DNA of 54,709 nucleotides, the filler included, from Jimgerdemannia flammicorona (taxonomy: Eukaryota): assembly GCA_003990765.1 (NCBI GenBank). It is 3 parts of 3 records of this genome, joined end to end, with 100 filler letters (N's around TTAATTAATTAA, not from the genome) between each part and the next. Parts side by side here need not be neighbours in the genome. Positions count along the whole stretch, not along the records: positions 1 to 18,173 come from RBNJ01002278.1; 2 more parts are not named here. One strand, 5' to 3'. Position numbers and translations under genes: made by a program. Numbering within the stretch: the stretch's first letter is position 1; every line of letters starts with the position of its first letter. This document shows, one piece after another, positions 1-10,958 of this stretch. The notes under the pieces were generated by a model. The model had not been told where the DNA came from and searched no databases. It worked only from the letters and a program-made list of their open reading frames with translations.

Positions 1-9
1 AAAAAAAAA

Positions 10-63
<54 letters not shown>
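1..63 (+). repeat. Poly(A) run at contig edge
   Basis: Almost pure A run; probably a retroposon tail where the assembly broke. Confidence 0.8.
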
Positions 64-65
<2 letters not shown>

Positions 66-699
66 AGAGAAGGAAGGCCCAGCAGGAGCCATGGGAGTGA
101 ACCCAGAACCAGTGTCAAAGCGAACAGAAGATATGTGGGAGAGTGTGTATAAGGGGGATGAACAAAGAATATAACTGAAAATACATCAGCCATTTATTGC
201 CATGTAAAAATACAGTCCTTATATATAAAATATGACATCCCAAAAGAGAGGATATGCCACAACTTGGGGCAAACTGAATTAGGAACCACATGACTGCTGG
301 AGATAAGCAGAGATAAAGGGGGAGTCAATCCCAGTTGCAGAATAAAAATCACAAATAAACATAAATAAAATAAATCCAAATCAAGATTAAAAAACATCTG
401 CAGACTCTGAAGAGGTGAGCATGAGCAAGGGGTGAGGCCGAAATGGAGTGAGCCATAGTGAGCCTGAGTGAAGTAAGGGGCCGAAGGCAGCGGAGGGGAG
501 CAGAGTAAGGTCAAGACCCCAGAGCAAGTGCGAGACCCCAGAGGGGGCAAGGATGTTTTTTAATCCTCTCCAGTAGAGCCAGAGGCACTGGAAGATAATG
601 AAAATACAAAACAAGAGCAATGGATTAAAGAAGAAACAGAAGGAAGATATAAATGAGTGATCAGAGGGTATTGAGAAAGAGATGAAAGTCTATGATATG

Positions 700-1936
700 A
701 AAGAGAAGAGTGCAGGACAGTATCAGGGCATTAAGCAACCCAGCAAGTATGATCAAATGGTATGACAAGAATCAGGGGTGGGAAATAAGAGAGGGTATAG
801 AGAGGATAAGGGGGGAGGGAGGGAAGGGAGGGGGGGTAAAGAGAAGAGAGATGGAAAGAGCGAACAACAGACTATTCAACAGAAGCAAGCAGATTGTGAA
901 CAATAGAAATTGGGTAGGCATGACAATGGACCACAAAGTTGCCAAAAACTCGAACAGCAGACACCTAATCAGAATGATGAGAGCAGCATAGTATAAGATG
1001 ACAAGCCTCACCACAAACACATTCTAAAAGAGTACAACAAGAATGGTTAGACAAGAAGTCAGAGAACTGTTGAGAATTAGGAAAATGAGAATAAACAACA
1101 GTTCAAAAGAGAGAAAGAGAAATGGAAATGTCCAAAAAGGGAATACTAGTCATACTGCACACCCAAGTAATAGAATGATGGAGAGGGTAGATACCTAGAA
1201 ACATGCTAGGGATATTAATACCAGTAACAGTAAAGACAATAAAGTTATTGATATATTGGCAAAAGAAGATATTCCCAGCCCAGAACATGATAGATAGAGA
1301 TGAAGAAAGATCACATATCACATAAAGTTCATGGGCCAGACCAATGAGATTGGCAAGGGTGGGAGTACAATTCATATCCATGGGAATATCAGAAGTCTGG
1401 TAAAAAGAGCTAAGGGCTGACTCAAAATAATTCGAGCCATAGACAAGGAGCATAAGCTCAACAATAGAAGCCAATGAGACTGGGAAATCCAAAGAAAAGA
1501 CAATGGAACCCAAGAAGTGAAGGCAATCATTGATCTCATCAAAATGAATAGCAGTATAGAAGGAGGAAAAGTCACCAGAGGCCAAATGGGAAAAATGGTG
1601 GACAGACACAATGGTGGAGCAGAGAAGGGCAAGCTCCTGAGTATCATGAAGAATAGTATACTCAGGCCCAAGACAGTATTGTAAGAGAGCCATCCAGAAG
1701 AGGAAGAAGCAGGATAACCACTTTAAAATCTCAGTGGTAGGGGAACTATAAGCAGCCATAATGAGACACCAAGCCAAAGTAGACTTGTAAACTTTAGGAA
1801 GGGTATAAAAGACTGGAAGACAAATGTCCGGAGAGGACAAAGAGTCCTGGAAGAAGTTGAAAATGGGATTCACAAATGGGGAATCTGAAAGTGATCTGGC
1901 ATGAGTCAGAGAAACCCAAAGAACAGAGGTCCTACA
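700..1936 (-). mobile_element. Degenerate Penelope-like element, reverse transcriptase region (boundaries approximate)
   Basis: ORF 1103-1873 has PLE RT motifs FYTLPKVYK, AAYSSPTT, GDFSSFYTAI, NYFE..FYQTSDIPMDMNCTPTLANL, FCQYINN (decayed RYIDD) and PFLDISI. No GIY-YIG motif recognised. Confidence 0.7.
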
Positions 1937-4635
1937 GCACTCCTTTCACCGGTAACATTTGGGTGACACAAGACTCAGACAACACTTTTCACTATGTTTT
2001 GGTGTCTGATGATTAACAATATGGATGGCAATGATCGAACTGGTGAGCGTACTGGCCAGGGGGATGACAGCACCTTTGACTGGCAGCAGGTGGGGAGGAG
2101 GGGAGATGGTTTGGGGATGCTGGGGGCCTCGATGGCCAGCCGAGGTCCTGGTGGTAGAGAGAGGAGTGGTCTGAGGCAGAGAGGAGGGGAGAGGTTGACC
2201 TTTGCTGACAAGGTCAGAATGGGGAAGATGGCTTCAGGTCTTGATGGTTGGCTGGGCCTGGGGAAGGCATTGATGGCTGCTGCTGGGGGACTGGGAGGTG
2301 TACCCAGGGGAGTCACTGTGGGTGGGGGAGGAGCAGGTGTAGGGGCTAGAGATGTGACTGTTGATGGGGCTGTGACTGGAGATTTGGCAAAAAATCCAGA
2401 TGTGATGGCAGTTGATAATTCGGGATGGGGAGTGGGCATGAGACCTGGGGACCTGGTAGATGGAGTTATGGGCATGGTGTCGGCCCCATTACTCAAGAAG
2501 TCGAGGTTGGAATTCGCAGTCACAATGTGTTTCCGGGGCTTGGCAGTGATGGCAAGGATGATTTTGGGGCTAGTGGTGCAGGAGGCAAAGGGAGCAGTGT
2601 CGGTGAAGTTTTTGAAGGGAAAAGAAGGGGTCAAGGTGGAGTTTGAGGAGGAAGACACCTTGCTGGCAGTCTTGGAGAAAGGGGTGATGGTTGGCGGAGT
2701 TGTCATTCCTATGGCCAGGTGTATGCACTGGGACCTCCGAGTGGTACAGTTGACAGTACTGGATCTCTCTATGGTATCGAAGGAGAGGACCAGGGAGTTG
2801 GTTGTGGAGGTAATCAGGGAGTATAAAGAGATTGTGGATGTTGGGTTCAAGGTCTGGGAGGGTATGGAGCTTTGGACTGGTGACATCAATGTTAGGGTGA
2901 GGCTGGCTAGGAGGGAGAGTATGGAGAAGTCAAGGGACTGGCTGGTGATGCTGAGATAGGGACCAGTGGAGTGTAAGGTCATGAGGGTGAAGGGGACTCA
3001 GGAGGAGGAGGAAGACCTGTTGGAGGCTCTGGAGGATCTGGAAGGGGTAGTTGCAAGGAGGAGATTGGTATGGAAGAAGTTTGAAGCCAGGACGGTGGTG
3101 GGGGAGGTGGATGGGAAGAGGGTCTGAATGGAGAAGGGGGCCTGGGAGAAGCTGCAGGGGAGGAAAATCCAGAAGGAGCTACTGGTGAGATCGGATGGGG
3201 GTAGGGCTGGTGGAAGCTCAGGGGAGAGGGGTGCAGAATTGCAGGAGAGCATCTGGGCTGAAGAGGGTGAGAGAGCCTAGGGTAGGGCTCAGCTGGGAGT
3301 AGAGGTGGAGAGGATAGGCAATATGGAGGCAGATGCAGACATGAGTGAAGGTGTATACCCCCAGTATAGTGTCTCAGGTGGAGCTGAGGGAGAGGAGGAG
3401 CTGCTTGATGTGCCAGATAAGGAGTGGGATGAGTCAGTGTGGAGGAGCATGCTAGTGAACCCTGAGGTGGATGGGGGATAAATCACTCAAGATATAGCAG
3501 AGGCAGTGGATGAGGAGAAGTGGATGTGGAAGACTCTAGAAGAGGTAGCAGCTGAAGAGCTGGGGGGTGAGGATTTCAGGGTGATGGAAGAAAGGCATTG
3601 GGAGGAGATCCTATGGAGGGAGGAGGTACCGAGGAAGATGAGGAATGAGATCCTGGCTGTTCTCCTGGAGTCAGTTGAATATCAAGTCGATGATCAGAGG
3701 GAGGAGGAACTTAAGAGAATTGTGAGCAACAGGGCACTATTCTTGTGGAACTCAAGGAAGGGACTGGAGAAGTGGCATGCAGTCTGCCTGAATTATTGGG
3801 TAGATATGGAGGTGGTGGATGGGGTGGAATGTCAGGAAATCTTGGAGGCACTGGATGCTTAGACTAATGTAGAGGGTGACTTGGAAGCTGAATGGTGCTT
3901 GGATCTGGCTGAGGATGAGATGAGCATAGAATACTAGGATGGGGTCTCTATTATGACATTTTTTCAATATGAACAGTATAACTAGGATATTCTCTTTAAA
4001 TGTTAATGGGTTATGGGGGGTGGCTAGGAGGAAGTATATATTTGGATAGCTTAAGAGACTAGATGCAGACCTCTTCTTATTATAGGATGTTCATTATAAA
4101 GCAGATGTGGACTTACAGGATTGGACTAAGAAATGGGAGAGTGCAGCAGTATGGAGGGGGAAAGTGTATATCCTTGTTTGAAAAGGGATGGGGGACATTG
4201 AGGATATTGGACATTGGGGGTCTCAGGTAGTGTGGAGTAGGTGGATGAGGCCTGGTTGGAGCTCATTGATGGTTGGGTCTTGTTACTGCCTGGCTGAGAG
4301 AGGGGAGAGGGTGGACTGGGTTCGCAGATTGAGAGAGGCTGGTGTATTGAGAGAAGTTGGGCTGGACTGTATGGGGGGTGACTTCAACATGGTATAGGAT
4401 AAGGAGATGGACAGAACAGATGGAGGGAGAGGCGTGTAGGGTGAAAGTGGTGGGCTGGGTGACTGGTTGGAGACAGAGAGGTTGTGTTCTCTAGTGGACT
4501 CGGGAAGACATTTTTGGGCCGATCGACAGGTGTACACCCACTGAGTGGCAGGGCTGGGCTCCAGGATTGATTGGGTTTTGACAGCGGAGTGTTGGGGAGT
4601 AGATGTCTGATCAGTGCTGGAAGTAGTTTAGTGTC
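1937..4635 (+). mobile_element. L1/Tx1-like LINE copy A, 5' part (ORF1 and APE endonuclease); 5' boundary approximate
   Basis: ORF1 fragments 1994-3862. ORF2 from ATG 3969 shows endonuclease motifs SLNVNG, LFLL*DVH, GGDFN. It resumes at 15100 after the Gypsy insertion. Confidence 0.85.
1994..3862 (+). pseudogene. LINE ORF1 (about 620 codons, internal stops)
   Basis: In-frame fragments 1994-2959 and 3506-3862; clearly homologous to 43146-44804 in LINE copy B. Confidence 0.75.
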
Positions 4636-6717
4636 TGTAAGAGGGTTGCTTTTTAGAGTAACCGTTATATAGTTCTGGAAAGGTTTTCTGGAGGTTCTGG
4701 ATATTCTGGAGGTTCTGGATATTCTGGAAGACCGTTTTCTTATGGTCAAGATCAATTTCATATGGAGTATGTCCTCTACACTTATTGATTTCAAGATCGG
4801 TTGACATCTCAACCAAAGTCCCTTTTTCAGACTAGTTCTGGATGTTTAGGATTTTCCATATTTCAGGAAGTTCAAGAAACTAAGACCAGCTTAGTTGAAT
4901 TGGCGTATCACTGCAGACAATACCCAATTAGGAAATTTTGTGACAGGGTTAGGAGGGGGACCTAACAGAGAGTAGATTTACTTAAGAGTGGTTTGTGGGT
5001 TATTAAATAGATTTATTCACTATTCATAATATTGCTATACTAGGAGTAGTAGTGTGAAGGGATATTGTGGGGAAGTATTCAGGAATGTTCTTGTGTGTTC
5101 GAGTCTGAGATTCTGAGGTCTGGGAGAGGGGGTATTTATACTAGTGAGGGGCTATCTGGACTATGCTAGATATGGATGTAGCACTAAGTACCTTTGCTGA
5201 GTCGGAATGCAGTCACATAGTACAAGTGTGATCTGACATGTCAAGAGATCATCTGACTGCTGAGTCAGTTCACAGTCACATCATACAAGGCTAATCTAAC
5301 TATACTATGACTGCTAGGCTATTTATGGGTTTAGGCACTGTCTGGATAGTCTTCGATGATATCACCATCAATTGCATCATCTCTGATGAAGTAGTCATCT
5401 AGGAATAATGGTTCGCAGATTACTTCTCCTTGTTTGCTGAGGTAATAGTACATTGGAACTTCGTCTTCGTCCCACAGGATAGCATCGTCTGTCTCATATG
5501 CTGAATAAGGTATTGGTGGGTGAAGGATGGGTGTATTGTCTTCACTTTCATTGGATTCACTATCTGCATACCTTCTATAGGTTACAGCACTATGAGTTGC
5601 AGAGTTATAGTATGCTGGCAGCTGTGGTTCATGTCACTCATACTTGGGTGGTGGAGTGGTTGGTTCGATCTCGAGAGTTGTCTGAAGGTACAGGTTGTGA
5701 TCTCTGGTCTCTTCATTATAGTTGAAGTAATCGGGGGTGAATGCGGGTTGGTATTCATACCAGTGGTCATTGTCCCAATAAGTCTCATATGTAGTTATGA
5801 ACTGTTGTAAGTTCATTAGCAAGGTTGGCAGAGTGATCAGGGTTGGCAGAGATCCTTGGCTAGAGGTCATGTTGGCATCAGAGGGATCATTGTCTTCTGC
5901 TTCATCTTCATCAAAGTGGATTATATCATAGATGTCCTTCACAGCATATCCAACTTGGGGCATTTGCAGGATATGATCATTGGGGTGTGGGAAGGTTCTG
6001 TCTGTGGTTTTGACGTACTCGAGGTACTTCTGGTTGAGTTCTTGTATCATGTCATCGATTTGGCCATAGGACAGGGTAGCAACCATTTTGCTGGTAGTAA
6101 CTCTGAGGTGAGGAATAAAGGTGCTGTACTTGTAGAAGAGTTCTCAATGTTTGCAGGTAATAAGCTTCTGGTATTGAGACATCTGGGTAATATCTGTATC
6201 ATGGTGGTGTTCGATCATGTCTTCCAGGAGGCGGCCAATCTGGTAGTAGCTTGAGATTTGTCCGATTTGGTGGGCCTTGCTAAGCATGTTCAGGGCATTC
6301 CATTGGGCTTCCACAAAGTAGAGGGGTGCTAGACTATGGATATTCATGAGGGGCAGAGGGGGTGTGGCTTGGTTGACAATGGCATTCCAAATGTTAGTAT
6401 AGATGCGGTTGTAGATCTCAGTGGTCATGTTTGTGTGTTTGGAAGTTTGTAGTTGTTGTTTGTTTTGGTTCTCTGTTTCGATGTGTCTTGGTGCTCAGTA
6501 TATATACATTTGATCCTGATTGATAAGATTCTGTTTGTGTAAATCTTGTGTTCTGTGACTTCGTATTGACTCAGCTTTGTATGCTGTGACTTCGGTTTGA
6601 CTCAGCTTCGTGATCAAGCAGGTGATTTCCAGATTTGTTCGAAGGTCGCATGTGATTTCAGTAGCTTGTTCAGAGGGTAACATATAATTTCGGTGACTTG
6701 GAGGTTGTGTGCTTACA
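4636..6717 (-). repeat. 3' LTR of Gypsy element 1
   Basis: Direct repeat of 13013-15094. On the minus strand it has TATAAATA near 5133-5140, AATAAA near 5012-5017, and 9-bp tandem units (TTCTGGAGG/TTCTGGATA on +) at about 4673-4729. Confidence 0.97.
5331..6428 (-). pseudogene. LTR (U3)-encoded accessory ORF, 365 aa, unknown function (copy in 3' LTR)
   Basis: ATG 6428 to TAA 5331 in one frame; TGA stops at 6144 and 5634 are CGA in the other LTR. Confidence 0.85.
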
Positions 6718-6733
6718 ACTCTCCCCTTCTTAG
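6718..6733 (-). other. Polypurine tract of element 1
   Basis: AAGAAGGGGAGAG on the minus strand immediately before the 3' LTR. Confidence 0.85.
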
Positions 6734-6939
6734 CTTTCGACATCCTTATCAGGGCCTTCTAATTTTGTTCAGTAATACAGGGAGAATAGGCTTGCTTTCA
6801 GTTTCGCCATTTTTCCAGAGAGTTAGTATTCTTGTCTTGTTTTGCTGAGTTCTTGATTTGGTTTGCAACAATTATAATATTCAGGAGGATAGTATATAGT
6901 ATGTACAGATAGGTGTGGAGTATTTGGTTCTAGTTATTC

Positions 6940-9900
6940 AAGGAATCATATTCCTGAACTAGGTCAGTAGTATTCTGGAGATTGGTCTTGGGTTCCCAGA
7001 TTGCATCATGGATTGGATAACCTTTTTATTTGACAAGGTACTCAGGGTGGCTCTTGTTACCACGTTTGTTGAGGATTTGTTCAACTTTGTACTCTTCTTG
7101 GTCATTAATGATGACAGGTGCAGGTGGTTTGGTGGTCTGGTTTGAAAATAGCTCATCATCATTCTCATTGTATCACTTGAGATATTGAATATTAAAGACT
7201 GAGTGAATCTTAATAGTGTCCGGTAGTATCAGTTTGTAGGAGGTTGGAGAGACTTATGCAATGACTTCAAATGGTCCAATGAACTTGCTGTTCAGCTTTG
7301 TAGATGGTCTGTACTTGAGGTTGTCAACTCGGTATCCTCTGATATCTAGTAGGACTTTTTCTCCAATATCAAAAGTTTCTTCTTGGCAGTGTTGGTTAAC
7401 ATACTGTGATTGTTGTTCTTGAGCTCGCAATAAATTCTCGATGGCAATCTGGCTTAAATTGCACATTCAGAGTAAGAATTCTTCAACAGCTTCAACTGTG
7501 GAGGGTTCTTCAGTGGTTCAGATAAGTGTCAAAGGGGTGTTTGGATTTTGTCCAGTATTGGCAAAGAATGGGGTCATTCCAAGAGAGGCTTGCTTGCTAT
7601 TGTTGTAGGCAAACTCAACTATGATGAGGTGTTCATGCCAGTCATCTTGTCTGTAGGAAACATAGTTCCTTAGCATTTGTTCCAGAGTTCAGTTCATTCT
7701 TTCAGTTTGGCCATCAGTTTCCAGGTGAAAGGCTGTGGATAGTGCAAGTTTTGTTCCAAGGTGTGCATGGAGGGCTTTCCAAAAGTAGCTGGTGAATTTC
7801 GGGTCTCAGTCACTAACAATGATCCATGATAGCGGAAGATGTTGTCAAACAAGAGTGTGGCTGTGTCTGGTGCTGTTGCAGTGGTGGTAGTTGGTACAAA
7901 GTGGGCTTGTTTGCTGAGATAGTCTACAAAGACCACAATTGTATCTTTTCTGTTCTTAGTTTGGGGTAGTTATACAATAAAGTCCATAGAGATTTGTTCC
8001 TAATTCATGGATGGTACTGGGATAGGGTAGAGTAAGCCAGGTTTTGCTAGTGTTGAGGACTTGTTTCGTTGGCAGTCATCACAGGAAGTGATGTAGGTTT
8101 TGAGCTGATCTACCATATGGGGCCAATAGAAGTTTCGGGAGATAACTTCGTAATATTTATCAAATCCTAAATATCCAGCTGTAGGGGCATCATGACATTC
8201 AAATAGGATAGTCCTTTGGAGGTCTCGGTTGTTTGGGACATATAATCTGTCCTTATAGTAGATAGCATTGTCCTTGAGTTGGTATTGATTATACTGGGTA
8301 TGCTTATCAGTATCATCATTGTTCAGGATTTCTCGGAGTACTTGAGCTTCCTTATCATCAACACATGCTGCAATGATTTGTTCCATGATAGTGTTGGTAA
8401 CCAAGGTCAGAGTTTGGATAACCTCTTCGATTGGTGGTCTGGAGATTGCATCGGCAACAATATTTTCCTTACTAGGGCGGTACTGGATTTCATAGTCAAA
8501 GTTGGTGAGGACTTTCATCCATCTAGCTTGCTTTCAAGAAAGGGTAGCCTGTGTCTTGATGTTGACTAATGACTTGTGGTCAGTCAATACAGTGAAGTGT
8601 ACTCCTTCTAGGTATGGTCGCCACTTGATCAGAGTGTCTACGATGGCTAGTATTTCCTTCTCATGAGTTGTATAGTTGATTTTGGCATCATTGAACTTGC
8701 GAGAGTGATAGGCCACAGGGTGTCCTTCTTGCATGAGCACTGCTCCAAGAGCTAGGTCAGAGGCATTAGTAGTGACTTCATATGGTAGGGCAGGGTTTGC
8801 CACTTGAAGTACTGGTGTGGTTATCAGGGCATCTTTTAGCACTTGAAAGGCAGTATCTTGCTTGTGTCCCCAATTTACAAGATTGTTGAAGTCTTTCTCT
8901 TGTTTCATGGTCCAGGGTTGTTCTTGTTTCTTACTATACTTGGTCATTTGGGTGAGGGCAGTAGTGATTTTAGCAAAGTTGGCAACAAATCGCCTATAAT
9001 AGTTTGCTAATCCCAGGAATGACTGGAGGTCTTTTAGCTTCTTGGGTCTGGGCCAATCTTTGATTGCAGAGATTTTACTGGGGTCCACTTTGATTCCATT
9101 TGGAGTGACAATATGTCTAAGGAATTGAATTTCTTTCAGGAGAAATTCACACTTGCTAAGTTTTGTAAAGAGTTGGTTTTCTCGGAGTTTCAGTAGTACT
9201 AGTTCAAGGTGTTCAAGATGTTCCTCCAGGGTTTTGCTGAAGACTAGAATGTCGTCAATGTAGACAATAACAAATTTGTCCAAGTATGGATGCAGAATGG
9301 TATTCATCAGTGTCTGGAAGGTTGCTGGAGCATTAGTTAAGCCAAAGGGCATAACTAGGAACTCAAAGTGTCCATAGCGAGTTCAGAAAGCTATCTTGTA
9401 GATATCTTCTTCTTTCATGGCAATTTGCCAGTAACCATTTCACAGGTCAAAAGAGCTCATGAATTGTGGGTTGGTAAGCCTATTGAATATTTCATCAATC
9501 CTTGGTAGTGGGCAACAGTTCTATGGTCTGTTCATTGAGATTGCAGTAGTCAATGCACATTCGTAGGTCTCCTCCTTTCTTGACAACAAAGAGGACTGGT
9601 GCACCATAGGGTGATACGCTGGGTCTGATGAATCCTTGTTCTAGGAGTTCATCAATTTCTTTCTTAAGTGTATCGATTTCTCTTGAAGACATGTGGTAGA
9701 TTGACTTGAAGGCTGGTTTGGCATCTGGGATAGTCTTGATTGCATGGTCTACTGCTCATTTGGGAGGTAGGCCTTTTGGGAGCTTCTTTGGGAATATGTC
9801 TCGGAATTTCTAGAGTAGTAGTCTGACATGGCTGTCAACTTTGGAAAAATCTTCTTCAGAGTTCTCGGGTTCTCCTTTGGATAGTCGGATGGAGATGGCA

Positions 9901-10475
9901 AAGAGAGGGCATTTCTTGGCCAATTTCTTGAGTTATAGCTTGTTGATGTGGGTGATCTTTGGTCCAGGGTCACTAGAATTAAGTAGGTCCTTTTCACCTT
10001 GCAGTTTGAAGTGGTGGCATCCTTTCTTGATGGTCAGAGAATGGTTTACCCAATCAATCATGGGGTTCTCTTGTTTTAACCATGGAGTCCTAAGGATGAT
10101 TTCATTGTCAGGAAGTGATATGATTTGGAGGGTAACATGTACTTGGTAGTCACCAATTCGGAAGGGTAGGTTGCAGACTTCTTTGCTAATAACATGTGAG
10201 GTTCCATCAGCTATAGCAACTGCTTGAGTTTGCTGTACTGGAGAGATAAAGACCTTGAGTCTGTTGGCTGTCTCTTCATTGATGAAGTTGCCTGAGGCAC
10301 CACTGTCTATCATAATCTTGACAGGTGCTCCATTGACAAAAGCCTTAAGGGTGAGCAGTTTGTCTGATCCAATGGTGGTGATTTCAGTTGTAGGAGCCTT
10401 TCTTCTGTTGGTTCTTCTTTGGGCCAGTTCGTTGACACAAGAGAAGCAATCATCAATCATTCGAGAAGAGTACAT
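6940..10475 (-). pseudogene. Gypsy pol: protease, RT, RNase H, integrase, chromodomain
   Basis: [69 protein letters not shown]; chromodomain KVEQILNKR..EYLVK*KGY..AIWEP near 6960-7095. Contains stops and frameshifts. Confidence 0.95.
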
Positions 10476-10493
10476 TCCAATACCATGAGAGTA

Positions 10494-10958
10494 TCAGCCA
10501 CTTGATATATATCCATCTTCGATCTTCTTGTAGAATTGTTCTTCTTTGCTCATGGTAGGTTGGGCTGGGGCTTTGTTTGATAAGCCAAATCCTTTGGATC
10601 CTCGGATGGTGGGCAGTAGTTCAGAGACTTCTTTGACTGTCAGGGTTGACTTGATTTTTTTGAATAGGATCTGGGCAATGTAGAAGCCAATAGGGATCTT
10701 GAAGGGTGTCCAACTGTGGTTTCGAATAAGGACAATAATTTCGCCTGTGTAATCCTTGTCAATGACTCCTCCTTCTACTAAGAGTCCTTTCAATGCTAGG
10801 CTACTGCAACAGCATATTCTTCCAACATGTCCTTCAGGGATTTGGATACTGATTCCTGTGTAGACTTGTTTGACTTCTCGGTTGGAAACTATAGCTTCTT
10901 CAGCTGCATACAGATCATATCCAGCTGCCTTTTGACTTCCTTTGGTTGGGGCCTTCAC
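10494..10958 (-). CDS. dut: dUTPase domain of the Gypsy polyprotein
   Basis: All five dUTPase motifs: AAGYDLY, (R)SSL, GGVIDKDYTGEI, IAQIL, RGSKGFG. In frame with gag and protease. Confidence 0.93.
   Translation of the reverse strand: MKAPTKGSQKAAGYDLYAAEEAIVSNREVKQVYTGISIQIPEGHVGRICCCSSLALKGLLVEGGVIDKDYTGEIIVLIRNHSWTPFKIPIGFYIAQILFKKIKSTLTVKEVSELLPTIRGSKGFGLSNKAPAQPTMSKEEQFYKKIEDGYISSG

Noticed and set aside
1975..2982. 335-aa S/T/P-rich antisense ORF
   Set aside because: Shadow of the G-rich LINE ORF1; explained by base composition.
4400..4635. Both LINE copies are interrupted within the endonuclease domain
   Set aside because: Different inserting elements at different sites, and only two cases; no evidence of targeting.
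5331..6428. LTR ORF as an env gene
   Set aside because: No signal peptide, furin site or transmembrane segment visible.
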